From: Clostridia bacterium
GTDB taxonomy: Bacteria; Bacillota; Clostridia; RGIG6154
DNA length: 21,086 bases
Direction: 5' to 3'
NCBI GenBank assembly: GCA_017410375.1
Contig: JAFQQW010000037.1
Location: 1-21,086, forward strand
In this document: piece by piece, positions 1-6,396 of the stretch
How the letters are laid out: each line of letters opens with the position of its first letter
How positions within the stretch are numbered: the first letter of the stretch is position 1
Position numbers and translations under genes: made by a program
Notes under the pieces: generated by a model
Seen by the model: only the letters and a program-made list of their open reading frames with translations
The model's database searches: none
Told to the model about the DNA's origin: nothing

Positions 1-1
1 T

Positions 2-31
2 GTACAAACTTACAAGAACGACACCAAATGA
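2..31 (+). CDS. 3' end of an unidentified upstream gene (partial, runs off the window)
   Basis: The frame beginning at nt 2 is open from the window edge to TGA at 29-31 (..VQTYKNDTK*). A strong + strand terminator hairpin follows 1 nt later. Nine codons are too few to name a product. Confidence 0.3.
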   Translation, partial: VQTYKNDTK

Positions 32-32
32 A

Positions 33-64
33 GAAAACACGCAAAGTTTTGCGTGTTTTCTTTT
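33..64 (+). terminator. Rho-independent terminator
   Basis: Perfect 11-bp stem GAAAACACGCA (33-43) / TGCGTGTTTTC (50-60) with a 6-nt loop, followed by TTTT (61-64). Confidence 0.75.
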
Positions 65-84
65 GATAAATGCGTTTTTGCTAT

Positions 85-170
85 GAACAAACTTCGCCTC
101 TCGACGTACCTTTGTACGCCTTCGGGTAACCCCAAACCGCGATGCAACACGGTTTGGGCTCAGTTTGTCC
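85..170. other. Unassigned nested inverted-repeat element (possible structured RNA), strand unknown
   Basis: The outer helix pairs ACAAACT (87-93) with AGTTTGT (162-168). A 9-bp inner hairpin pairs CCCAAACCG (131-139) with CGGTTTGGG (150-158) around a 10-nt loop. There is a 5-bp hairpin CGTAC-CTTT-GTACG (105-118) and a CC-TTCG-GG mini-hairpin (119-126). The element lies between two convergent terminators. No promoter and no known family were recognised. Confidence 0.3.
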
Positions 171-196
171 ATTCCAAACATTTTTTCCTATTCCCT

Positions 197-225
197 AAAA
201 AAGGGCTGTAATAAATTTACAGCCC
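197..225 (-). terminator. Rho-independent terminator of the AraC-family gene (possibly bidirectional)
   Basis: 9-bp stem GGGCTGTAA (203-211) / TTACAGCCC (217-225) with a 5-nt loop, beginning 3 nt after the - strand stop codon (229-231). On the - strand it is followed by U6 (complement of A197-202). On the + strand it is followed by CTTTT. Confidence 0.7.
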
Positions 226-228
226 CTT

Positions 229-1002
229 TTACTCCTTTTTTCTGTACTGACCGGGCGTTTTTCCTGTTTCCTCTTTAAAAATTTTAATGAAATAGCTGCT
301 GCTTTCAAATCCGCAGTATTTACCCACATCTTCAATGGCATACTCACTGTAGCGGAGCATGTGCCTGGCTTTTCGGATGCGGATTTTCTTTAAGGTCTGC
401 ATAATGCTTTCGCCTGTTTCTCTTGTGTAGGCATGACACAAGCTGTATTTATTATAATGTACCTTTTCTGCGATTTTTTCTAAGGTCAGATTTTTGGAAA
501 AATCCCGCTCCAGAACATTACAAACCTGTTCTGCTAATGTTTGATTGCTGTTTTGGATGGCGCACAAAAGCTCTGTCATCCACAAATTGGTGTGTGCAGA
601 CCGTAATGCCGCATTGCCTGCAGAGCAACATATTTCCCAAAGCTGTCTTGCAGATTGTTGTAAAAAAGATGGACAGTCAAATACCAAGTAGTTTCCGATT
701 TTAAAAGCATCTAATAAATTTTCTCCACCCCGAAAGCTGACCCAACCTGTGTATAAATCTCCGTTTACACCTTTGTATTTGTGTGGTTTTAATCTCCGTG
801 AAAAAAAGCATTGTCCTTCTTTCAAAATCTGTGAGCCTTCGGGTGTTTCTACCAGACATTCTCCCTTATTCACCCACAAAAACTGATTGACTTCAAAACC
901 GCTCGGGCGGTCTAAAACACCTTGTTTGAAGTTTAGTCCAATGGTCACCGGCATCACCGAAAGCGAGGCATCCTTTTTAATTTCCACATAGCTATGTAAC
1001 AT
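229..1002 (-). CDS. AraC/XylS-family transcriptional regulator (N-terminal cupin-like sensor, C-terminal dual HTH)
   Basis: 257-aa ORF. The C-terminal ~100 aa (LTLEKIAEKVHYNKYSLCHAYTRETGESIMQTLKKIRIRKARHMLRYSEYAIEDVGKYCGFESSSYFIKIFKEETGKTPGQYRK) is a textbook AraC HTH_18 region. An AAGGA Shine-Dalgarno lies upstream of the ATG. The gene is divergent from a sugar-type operon. Confidence 0.9.
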   Translation of the reverse strand: MLHSYVEIKKDASLSVMPVTIGLNFKQGVLDRPSGFEVNQFLWVNKGECLVETPEGSQILKEGQCFFSRRLKPHKYKGVNGDLYTGWVSFRGGENLLDAFKIGNYLVFDCPSFLQQSARQLWEICCSAGNAALRSAHTNLWMTELLCAIQNSNQTLAEQVCNVLERDFSKNLTLEKIAEKVHYNKYSLCHAYTRETGESIMQTLKKIRIRKARHMLRYSEYAIEDVGKYCGFESSSYFIKIFKEETGKTPGQYRKKE

Positions 1003-1040
1003 TTTAGCAACATCCTTATATTATTTTTAAGTTTTTTTCA

Positions 1041-1069
1041 TTGACATCTGGTTTTTTCTACAATATAAT
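1041..1069 (+). promoter_or_regulatory. Consensus sigma-A promoter for the oxidoreductase/isomerase operon
   Basis: TTGACA (1041-1046), a 17-bp spacer, then TATAAT (1064-1069). This lies about 50 nt upstream of the ATG at 1118. Confidence 0.7.
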
Positions 1070-1095
1070 TATATCAAGAAAGACAATTTTGTCAA
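1068..1095 (-). promoter_or_regulatory. Consensus sigma-A promoter for the AraC-family gene, sharing its -10 region with the + strand promoter
   Basis: On the - strand: TTGACA (complement of 1090-1095), a 16-bp spacer, then TATAAT (complement of 1068-1073). The two -10 hexamers overlap at 1068-1069, forming the palindrome TATAATTATA (1064-1073). Confidence 0.6.
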
Positions 1096-1117
1096 GAGAA
1101 AAAAGGAGAGATGAATC

Positions 1118-2119
1118 ATGGAAAAAGTAAGATTTGGTTTAATCGGCTGCGGCGGCAGAATGAATTGCCATTTACAGGGTTTGGAAGCCTTAGACAACAT
1201 TGAGGTTGTAGCAGTTGCCGACCCCATTCCGGAACGTGCAGAGGCTGCGGCAAAGCGCATGGGTGCAAAGCGCATCTATAAAAACCATACCGAACTTTTT
1301 GACAACGAAAGTAAGGAAACTTTAGATGCTTTAATCATCGCGGTAGAACCAACCGCACATACAGACATTGAAGAAAGAGCTATCGAAATGGATTTACCCT
1401 TTATTGTGGAAAAGCCCATGACCCTCGATTTAGAGCAGGCAGACAGAATTGAAAAAGCAATCAAAGAAAAGAATCTGATCACTTCTGTTGGTTTGCAGGA
1501 CAGATATTTAAATCTTATGGATATTGTAAAAGAAGAACTTTCGAAATACAAGCCCGGCTGTGTGGTACACGGCAGATGGGCAGGCGGTATCCCCGGTGTT
1601 TGGTGGTGGCAGAAAAAATCCACCTGCGGCGGTCAGCTGATTGAACAAAACATTCATCTTTTAGACGGCTTGCGTTATCTGTTTGGCGAAGCAAAATCAA
1701 TTTATGCGGTAAACAGCCGCGGTATTGTTGAACCCGGTGTAACTGCTAAACCCGAATATGATACCGATGACTATTCCGTTTGCTTAATTACTTTTGCAAA
1801 CAATGTAACTGCAACCCTTACAAGCTCCTGCTATTCCAGAGGCGTTCGTCCCTCCTGCGGTTTGCACATTACCTTGCCTGAAGTGGTTATTGACTATCAT
1901 TTAAGAAACAATGTTACCTTGGAATATGCAGACAGAACCATTGACTACAAGAGAAACCATGAACAGACCGACAATCTGGACAAGGCATTTGTAGATGCTG
2001 TTTTGACCGGTGACCGTTCAGGTATCCGCTCAGATTACAGCGATGCTTTAAAATCCTTAAAGCTTTGCTTTGCGGCAGAAGAATCCATGGCAACCGGCAA
2101 ACCCATTTTTTTTGAATAA
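1118..2119 (+). CDS. Gfo/Idh/MocA-family NAD(P)-dependent oxidoreductase
   Basis: 333-aa ORF with an N-terminal Rossmann motif (VRFGLIGCGGRMNCH), an EKP motif (IVEKPMTL) and a C-terminal alpha/beta domain typical of the family. A GGAGAG Shine-Dalgarno lies 7 nt upstream. Confidence 0.85.
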   Translation: MEKVRFGLIGCGGRMNCHLQGLEALDNIEVVAVADPIPERAEAAAKRMGAKRIYKNHTELFDNESKETLDALIIAVEPTAHTDIEERAIEMDLPFIVEKPMTLDLEQADRIEKAIKEKNLITSVGLQDRYLNLMDIVKEELSKYKPGCVVHGRWAGGIPGVWWWQKKSTCGGQLIEQNIHLLDGLRYLFGEAKSIYAVNSRGIVEPGVTAKPEYDTDDYSVCLITFANNVTATLTSSCYSRGVRPSCGLHITLPEVVIDYHLRNNVTLEYADRTIDYKRNHEQTDNLDKAFVDAVLTGDRSGIRSDYSDALKSLKLCFAAEESMATGKPIFFE

Positions 2120-2134
2120 GGAGGATTTTTAGTT

Positions 2135-2890
2135 ATGCGTATTTGTATTCCCGTACCCTGCTTTTTCGGCAAGCTTGATTTTTGTGACGGTATCCGTAAA
2201 ATCGGTGAACTGGGCTTTGATGCGGCAGAAACCTATAACTGGAAAAGCCTGGATTTAGAGGCTGTAAAAAACACCTGCGAAGAAACAGGTGTAGAGCTTT
2301 TAAGCATGTGCACCACAGAATTTAACATGACCAATCCCGAAAAGAGAAAGGACTGGCTGGAAGGCTTAAAAGAAAGCTGTGAAGCGGCAAACAAGGTTGG
2401 CGCAAAGCGTCTGATTACCCAGGTTGGTGCAGATACCGGTGAAGAAAGAGCCAAACAGCATGAAAGTATTGTTACCGCTTTGAAAGAAGCAAAACCCATT
2501 TTAGATGCTACGGGCGTTACCATCATGATTGAACCTTTAAATACTTATTTCAATCATCCGGGTTATTATCTCTGGTCTGCTTTAGAGGGCTTTGACATTA
2601 TCCGCGAGGTAGACCATCCGCTGGTTAAGGTTGTGTATGATATTTATCATCAGCAGATTATGGAAGGTAACATCATTCCTGCCGTAACCAACAACTTAGA
2701 TTGCATTGCACATCTGCATTCTGCAGGACATCCCGGCAGACATGAGCTTCAGTTTGGTGAAAATGATTACCATGTCATCATGAAAGCCATTGATGAAGCA
2801 GGCTATACCGGTGCAATGGGCTTGGAATACGGTCCGACCATGGACCCTGTGGAAAGCTTGCAGGAATTCAAACGAATTTATATGAAATAA
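2135..2890 (+). CDS. Xylose-isomerase-like TIM-barrel protein (hydroxypyruvate isomerase / sugar-phosphate isomerase-epimerase family)
   Basis: 251-aa ORF beginning 15 nt after the previous stop, with an AAGGAGG Shine-Dalgarno. Its length and motifs (IMIEPLN, YDIYHQQIMEGN, HLHSAG..GRHE) match Hyi-like TIM-barrel enzymes. Confidence 0.8.
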   Translation: MRICIPVPCFFGKLDFCDGIRKIGELGFDAAETYNWKSLDLEAVKNTCEETGVELLSMCTTEFNMTNPEKRKDWLEGLKESCEAANKVGAKRLITQVGADTGEERAKQHESIVTALKEAKPILDATGVTIMIEPLNTYFNHPGYYLWSALEGFDIIREVDHPLVKVVYDIYHQQIMEGNIIPAVTNNLDCIAHLHSAGHPGRHELQFGENDYHVIMKAIDEAGYTGAMGLEYGPTMDPVESLQEFKRIYMK

Positions 2891-2901
2891 TTTTATTTGT
2901 A

Positions 2902-2940
2902 ACGGGACAGAATCTTTTGAAAATTCTGCCCCGTTTTTTA
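2902..2940 (+). terminator. Rho-independent terminator of the two-gene sugar operon
   Basis: 12-bp stem ACGGGACAGAAT (2902-2913) / ATTCTGCCCCGT (2923-2934) with one A:C mismatch, followed by TTTTT. Confidence 0.75.
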
Positions 2941-2981
2941 TATGTTCTATGCAGGGCGAAGAATCTCCTTTAAAGATTACA

Positions 2982-3010
2982 TTGACAAAATCTGCAGTTC
3001 ATGATATACT
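2982..3010 (+). promoter_or_regulatory. Sigma-A promoter with extended -10
   Basis: TTGACA (2982-2987), a 17-bp spacer, then TGaTATACT (3002-3010). It lies inside the 5' part of the computed ORF 2949-3569, which argues that the real start is the ATG at 3039. Confidence 0.65.
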
Positions 3011-3038
3011 ATTTGCAGAAACAAAGGAGCGGTTTGTT

Positions 3039-3569
3039 ATGGAAAATCAGTTAAAAAAATCATTCTTCGGCTATTCCAAAAAAAAGGTTTTGTCCTTCAT
3101 CGGAGAAATGGATACCAATTACTGGGAAAAATTAAAAGCCTATCAGGATGAAGCAGAAGAAAAATATAAAGCATTGGAAAATGAAAAAACTGAGCTGGAG
3201 CAAAAAGTTCTGAAGCTTGAACAAAAAATTGCCGAGCTGGAAAAGGAAAAAGAAACACTGAAGAATAAAAGCGACGATGTTTCGGCTGTTTTTGTGGATG
3301 CAAAGCATTTTGCAGACGATTTAAAGGAAAAAACAAAAGCAGAAGAACAGGAAATGCATCAGAAATTGCAGGCAGCTTACGATGAGCAGGCAGCACGTCT
3401 TTTATGCTTCCAAAAAGAAATTAATTCCATTAAACAATCTATCCGCGAATCTCTTTCTGCAATTGATAAGGAGCTTTCAAAAAAACACACATTCTGCAAG
3501 GATACAAAGCTGAAATTCAATGCAGAGCTTTCTCTGAACAAAACTTTCCGTTTAGCAGAAAATAAATAA
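3039..3569 (+). CDS. DivIVA-domain coiled-coil protein
   Basis: I take the start as ATG 3039, 9 nt after an AAAGGAG Shine-Dalgarno (3023-3029) and downstream of the promoter at 2982-3010. The N-terminus FFGYSKKKVLSFIGEMD resembles the DivIVA signature F.GYd..eVd.FLd. It is followed by a long heptad-rich Glu/Lys coiled coil (EKYKALENEKTELEQKVLKLEQKIAELEKEKETLK). Confidence 0.6.
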   Translation: MENQLKKSFFGYSKKKVLSFIGEMDTNYWEKLKAYQDEAEEKYKALENEKTELEQKVLKLEQKIAELEKEKETLKNKSDDVSAVFVDAKHFADDLKEKTKAEEQEMHQKLQAAYDEQAARLLCFQKEINSIKQSIRESLSAIDKELSKKHTFCKDTKLKFNAELSLNKTFRLAENK

Positions 3570-3574
3570 AATTT

Positions 3575-3608
3575 AAGAATCTGTTTTTTAAGCAGATTCT
3601 TCTTTTTT
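3575..3608 (+). terminator. Rho-independent terminator
   Basis: 9-bp stem AAGAATCTG (3575-3583) / CAGATTCTT (3593-3601), followed by a CTTTTTT run. Confidence 0.65.
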
Positions 3609-3619
3609 AGGAGAATATC

Positions 3620-4096
3620 ATGATAAAACATCCTTTTCCGCCTCTTTTTGATAAAAATTCAACCATTTTAATATTGGGAAGCTTTCCCTCTGTCAAATCC
3701 CGCGCACAAAACTTTTTTTACGGACATCCGCAAAACCGTTTCTGGAAGGTTTTGGCTTTGGTTTTTGAAGATGCTTTGCCAAAAACCATCCCTGAAAAAC
3801 GTGCTTTTTTATTCAAACACAATATCGCACTCTGGGATGTTATAGGTGCCTGTGACATCACGGGCAGTGCTGACAGTACCATTAAAAATGCAACTGCCAA
3901 TGACCTGACAGAAATTTTAAATTCTGCTCCTATTAAACAAATTTATGTAAACGGTAAAACGGCTCTTAAATATTATGACAAATATACAAAGCCTCTTTTA
4001 AAGAAAGAAGCAATCTGTTTGCCATCCACATCTCCTGCAAATGCAGCCTTTACATTAGAAAAACTGGTACAAAAATGGTCAATCATTCGTTCTTGA
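3620..4096 (+). CDS. DNA-deoxyinosine (hypoxanthine) glycosylase, uracil-DNA glycosylase superfamily family 6
   Basis: 158-aa ORF. The N-terminal ILILGSFPSVKSRAQNFFYGHPQNRFWKVL and C-terminal LPSTSPANA match the motifs I recognise for family-6 UDG-fold enzymes. An AGGAG Shine-Dalgarno lies at 3609-3613. Confidence 0.7.
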   Translation: MIKHPFPPLFDKNSTILILGSFPSVKSRAQNFFYGHPQNRFWKVLALVFEDALPKTIPEKRAFLFKHNIALWDVIGACDITGSADSTIKNATANDLTEILNSAPIKQIYVNGKTALKYYDKYTKPLLKKEAICLPSTSPANAAFTLEKLVQKWSIIRS

Positions 4097-4121
4097 CATT
4101 TTACATGCTTTTTAATATAAT
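4093..4121 (+). promoter_or_regulatory. Consensus sigma-A promoter for the pfk operon
   Basis: TTGACA (4093-4098, overlapping the glycosylase stop codon), a 17-bp spacer, then TATAAT (4116-4121). Confidence 0.65.
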
Positions 4122-4156
4122 AAAATTAACAAAAAATAACAAAATGAGGTAAAAAA

Positions 4157-5377
4157 ATGAAAAATTGTATCATTGCACAATCCGGCGGACCGACTGCAGC
4201 AATCAATGCAACCTTAGCAGGTGTAATCAAAGGCGCATTACAGTCCTCTGAAATTGATAAGGTTTATGGTTCAGTAAACGGCGTAAACGGCATTTTGAAT
4301 GACAAAATTTTAGAATTGAATCCGATTTTTGAGCAGGAAGAAAATTTAAAATTACTGATTCAGACACCTTCTTCTTATTTAGGTTCGTGTCGCTTTAAAC
4401 TTCCCTTGTATACCGAGGACGAAACTTTATACAAAACCATTTTTTCTGCCTTTGAAAAATATAATATCGGTTTCTTTTTCTACATTGGCGGAAACGATTC
4501 TATGGACACAGTAGATAAATTAAACGATTACGCACTGTATAAAAACTCGGATGTGAAAATTATGGGTGTGCCCAAAACGGTGGACAATGATTTGCCGGTT
4601 ACCGATCACACGCCGGGCTTTGGCTCTGCCGCAAAATATATTGCAACAACTGTAAAAGAAGTATCTGTTGATGCTTCGGTTTATGATTTAAAATCTGTAT
4701 TAATCGTGGAAATGATGGGAAGAAATGCAGGCTGGCTTACTGCTGCTTCTGCGCTTGCAAGAACAGATGAATTACCTGCACCCCACCTGATTTATCTTCC
4801 TGAAAACGAATTTGACAATGCTTCTTTTTTGGCTGATGTAAAAGAAAAGGTTGAACAATACGGAAACATTATTGTTTGTGTTTCAGAGGGTATTCATTAT
4901 AAAGACGGTACATATGTCTGTGAAAGTGTAAGCTCGGGTCTTACTGATGTGTTTAACCACAAGCAGTTAAGCGGAACTGCAAAATATTTAGAAGGCTTAG
5001 TACGTGAAAAATTAGGTTATAAAGCACGCGGTGTGGAATTAAATGTGTGTCAGCGCTGTGCATCGCACTTGCCCTCAAAAACAGACCTTGATGAATCGGT
5101 TGCCATCGGCTGTGCCGCCGTTTCCTTTGCTCTGCAGGGAAAAAGCGGTGAAATGATGGTGTTTAAGAGAATCTCTGACAAACCTTACAGCTATGAAATT
5201 CAATCGGTTTGTATTAAGGAAGTCGCAAATTTAGAAAAATGTATTCCTTCAGAATGGATTACAAATAATGATGTAAAAGCAGAAGTGATTGATTACATTC
5301 TGCCTCTGATTCAGGGCGAGCAGGACATTTTATACAAAGATGGGTTACCTGTCCACTTGACACGTCCTTTAAAATAA
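4157..5377 (+). CDS. pfp: 6-phosphofructokinase, predicted pyrophosphate-dependent type (diphosphate--fructose-6-phosphate 1-phosphotransferase)
   Basis: 406-aa ORF with PFK-family motifs: IAQSGGPTAAINA, IGGNDS, PKTVDNDL and MGRNAGWL. Asp114 and Lys140 occupy the positions of E. coli PfkA Gly104 and Gly124. These are the classical PPi-versus-ATP discriminators. Confidence 0.88.
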   Translation: MKNCIIAQSGGPTAAINATLAGVIKGALQSSEIDKVYGSVNGVNGILNDKILELNPIFEQEENLKLLIQTPSSYLGSCRFKLPLYTEDETLYKTIFSAFEKYNIGFFFYIGGNDSMDTVDKLNDYALYKNSDVKIMGVPKTVDNDLPVTDHTPGFGSAAKYIATTVKEVSVDASVYDLKSVLIVEMMGRNAGWLTAASALARTDELPAPHLIYLPENEFDNASFLADVKEKVEQYGNIIVCVSEGIHYKDGTYVCESVSSGLTDVFNHKQLSGTAKYLEGLVREKLGYKARGVELNVCQRCASHLPSKTDLDESVAIGCAAVSFALQGKSGEMMVFKRISDKPYSYEIQSVCIKEVANLEKCIPSEWITNNDVKAEVIDYILPLIQGEQDILYKDGLPVHLTRPLK

Positions 5378-5386
5378 GGAGTTTTT

Positions 5387-6208
5387 ATGAATTTCGGAAA
5401 AGCTAAAAAAATACTGATTTTTTTGTTTTTATTTATTAATATTTTTCTGATTTTCCTGCTGGCAGGCCATCCGGGACGCTATTCTCTGCAAAAAGAATCG
5501 GTTTTAAATACCATTGAAATTGCAAAGCGGAATCATGTAACCGTTTCTGCCGATATTCTTCCTTACACATACACAAAGCTGGATACTTTAACTCTTTATA
5601 ATCCTTTAGTGGATAAAAAGACATTTTCACAAGCTTTTAAAGGTGTAACCTATGAAAAAGACGGTACTTTTTCTCTTCCCGTAAATCAGAGCCTTGAAAA
5701 AATGTCTGCAGATTCTGTTTTACATTATTTAAATAAAAACGGATTTGGCATTTATCAGCTTTCCCATGTACAAACGGTTCATAACCCTGTAACAAATGAG
5801 AAAATTTATACTTATACGCAAAAATATAATTCTTATATAATCAGCGGTGCAACGATTTTAGTGTATGCAAACGGTAAAACCTTAACAAAAATTAAAGGTA
5901 ATATTTACGAAATTACAAACAAGGATAAATCAGATTACAATATTTTATCACCTCTTCAGATTATCATTTCTTTCTCCAATGATGCTTCTTCTTTTTCAAA
6001 AAAAGCAACCATTAAAGAAATCAGTCAATCCTATTACATTCCTTTGGAAGCAAAAAGTTATAAAAATATCACGGCAGTTCCTTGTTATATTTTAAGAGTC
6101 AATAAAAATTTATTTTATTATGATGCCATTCAAAATACCTTTTTGTATTCGGTTACCAATGAAGGTGTTTTAATTGAAGATATCATTCAGGCTTTTCAGC
6201 TCATTTAA
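5387..6208 (+). CDS. YycI-like single-pass membrane protein (family assignment tentative)
   Basis: 273-aa ORF beginning 9 nt after the pfk stop, with an AAGGAG Shine-Dalgarno. The N-terminus MNFGKAKKILIFLFLFINIFLIFLL resembles the YycI N-terminal anchor. The rest is an AT-rich, Asn/Tyr/Lys-rich extracytoplasmic region. The CDS call is solid but the family call is weak. Confidence 0.45.
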   Translation: MNFGKAKKILIFLFLFINIFLIFLLAGHPGRYSLQKESVLNTIEIAKRNHVTVSADILPYTYTKLDTLTLYNPLVDKKTFSQAFKGVTYEKDGTFSLPVNQSLEKMSADSVLHYLNKNGFGIYQLSHVQTVHNPVTNEKIYTYTQKYNSYIISGATILVYANGKTLTKIKGNIYEITNKDKSDYNILSPLQIIISFSNDASSFSKKATIKEISQSYYIPLEAKSYKNITAVPCYILRVNKNLFYYDAIQNTFLYSVTNEGVLIEDIIQAFQLI

Positions 6209-6212
6209 ATTT

Positions 6213-6246
6213 AAAAAATCCTGCATTTTTTGTGCAGGATTTTTTT
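6213..6246 (+). terminator. Rho-independent terminator (A-tract / T-tract flanked, potentially bidirectional)
   Basis: The stem pairs ATCCTGCA (6218-6225) with TGCAGGAT (6233-6240) around a T-rich loop. It is flanked by A6 upstream and T6 (6241-6246) downstream. Confidence 0.75.
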
Positions 6247-6307
6247 GAACTTAAAAATACAAAAAATGCTCTCACGCAAAAAAACGCGGTTATTTTGAAA
6301 GTTTCTC

Positions 6308-6336
6308 TTTACTTATGTAAAAAAGTATGTTATAAT
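6308..6336 (+). promoter_or_regulatory. Candidate dnaA promoter with extended -10
   Basis: TTTACT (6308-6313), a 17-bp spacer, then TGtTATAAT (6328-6336). This lies about 60 nt upstream of the dnaA ATG. Confidence 0.5.
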
Positions 6337-6396
6337 ATATAATGTATTTAAAGGTTGTTTTTACGCGTTAAGAAAAAAGAAGGGAGTTTTTAGGAG

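Noticed and set aside
423-704. 93-aa + strand ORF inside the AraC-family gene
   Set aside because: It lies entirely antisense to a well-supported CDS, has no Shine-Dalgarno and has an odd composition (Cys/Phe/Trp-rich). It is a typical shadow ORF.
1111-1117. Out-of-frame ATG at 1111, immediately after the Shine-Dalgarno and 7 nt before the oxidoreductase start
   Set aside because: It is too close to the GGAGAG for normal spacing. The 1118 ATG gives the conserved Rossmann N-terminus. I do not regard it as a meaningful uORF.
1069-1700. Three - strand ORFs (1069-1275, 1276-1623, 1515-1700) opposite the oxidoreductase gene
   Set aside because: They are antisense shadows of a conserved enzyme gene. 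One would have to start inside the promoter region, and none has recognisable domains.
2949-3038. N-terminal 30-codon extension of the DivIVA-like ORF given in the ORF track
   Set aside because: A TTGACA-17-TGnTATACT promoter (2982-3010) sits inside the extension. A strong Shine-Dalgarno precedes the ATG at 3039, so the extension is very unlikely to be translated.
3039-3569. Coiled-coil protein considered as a possible novel or phage-derived component
   Set aside because: The N-terminal FGYSKKKVLSFIGEMD motif and coiled-coil architecture fit ordinary DivIVA-domain cell-division proteins. There is no mobile or defence context.
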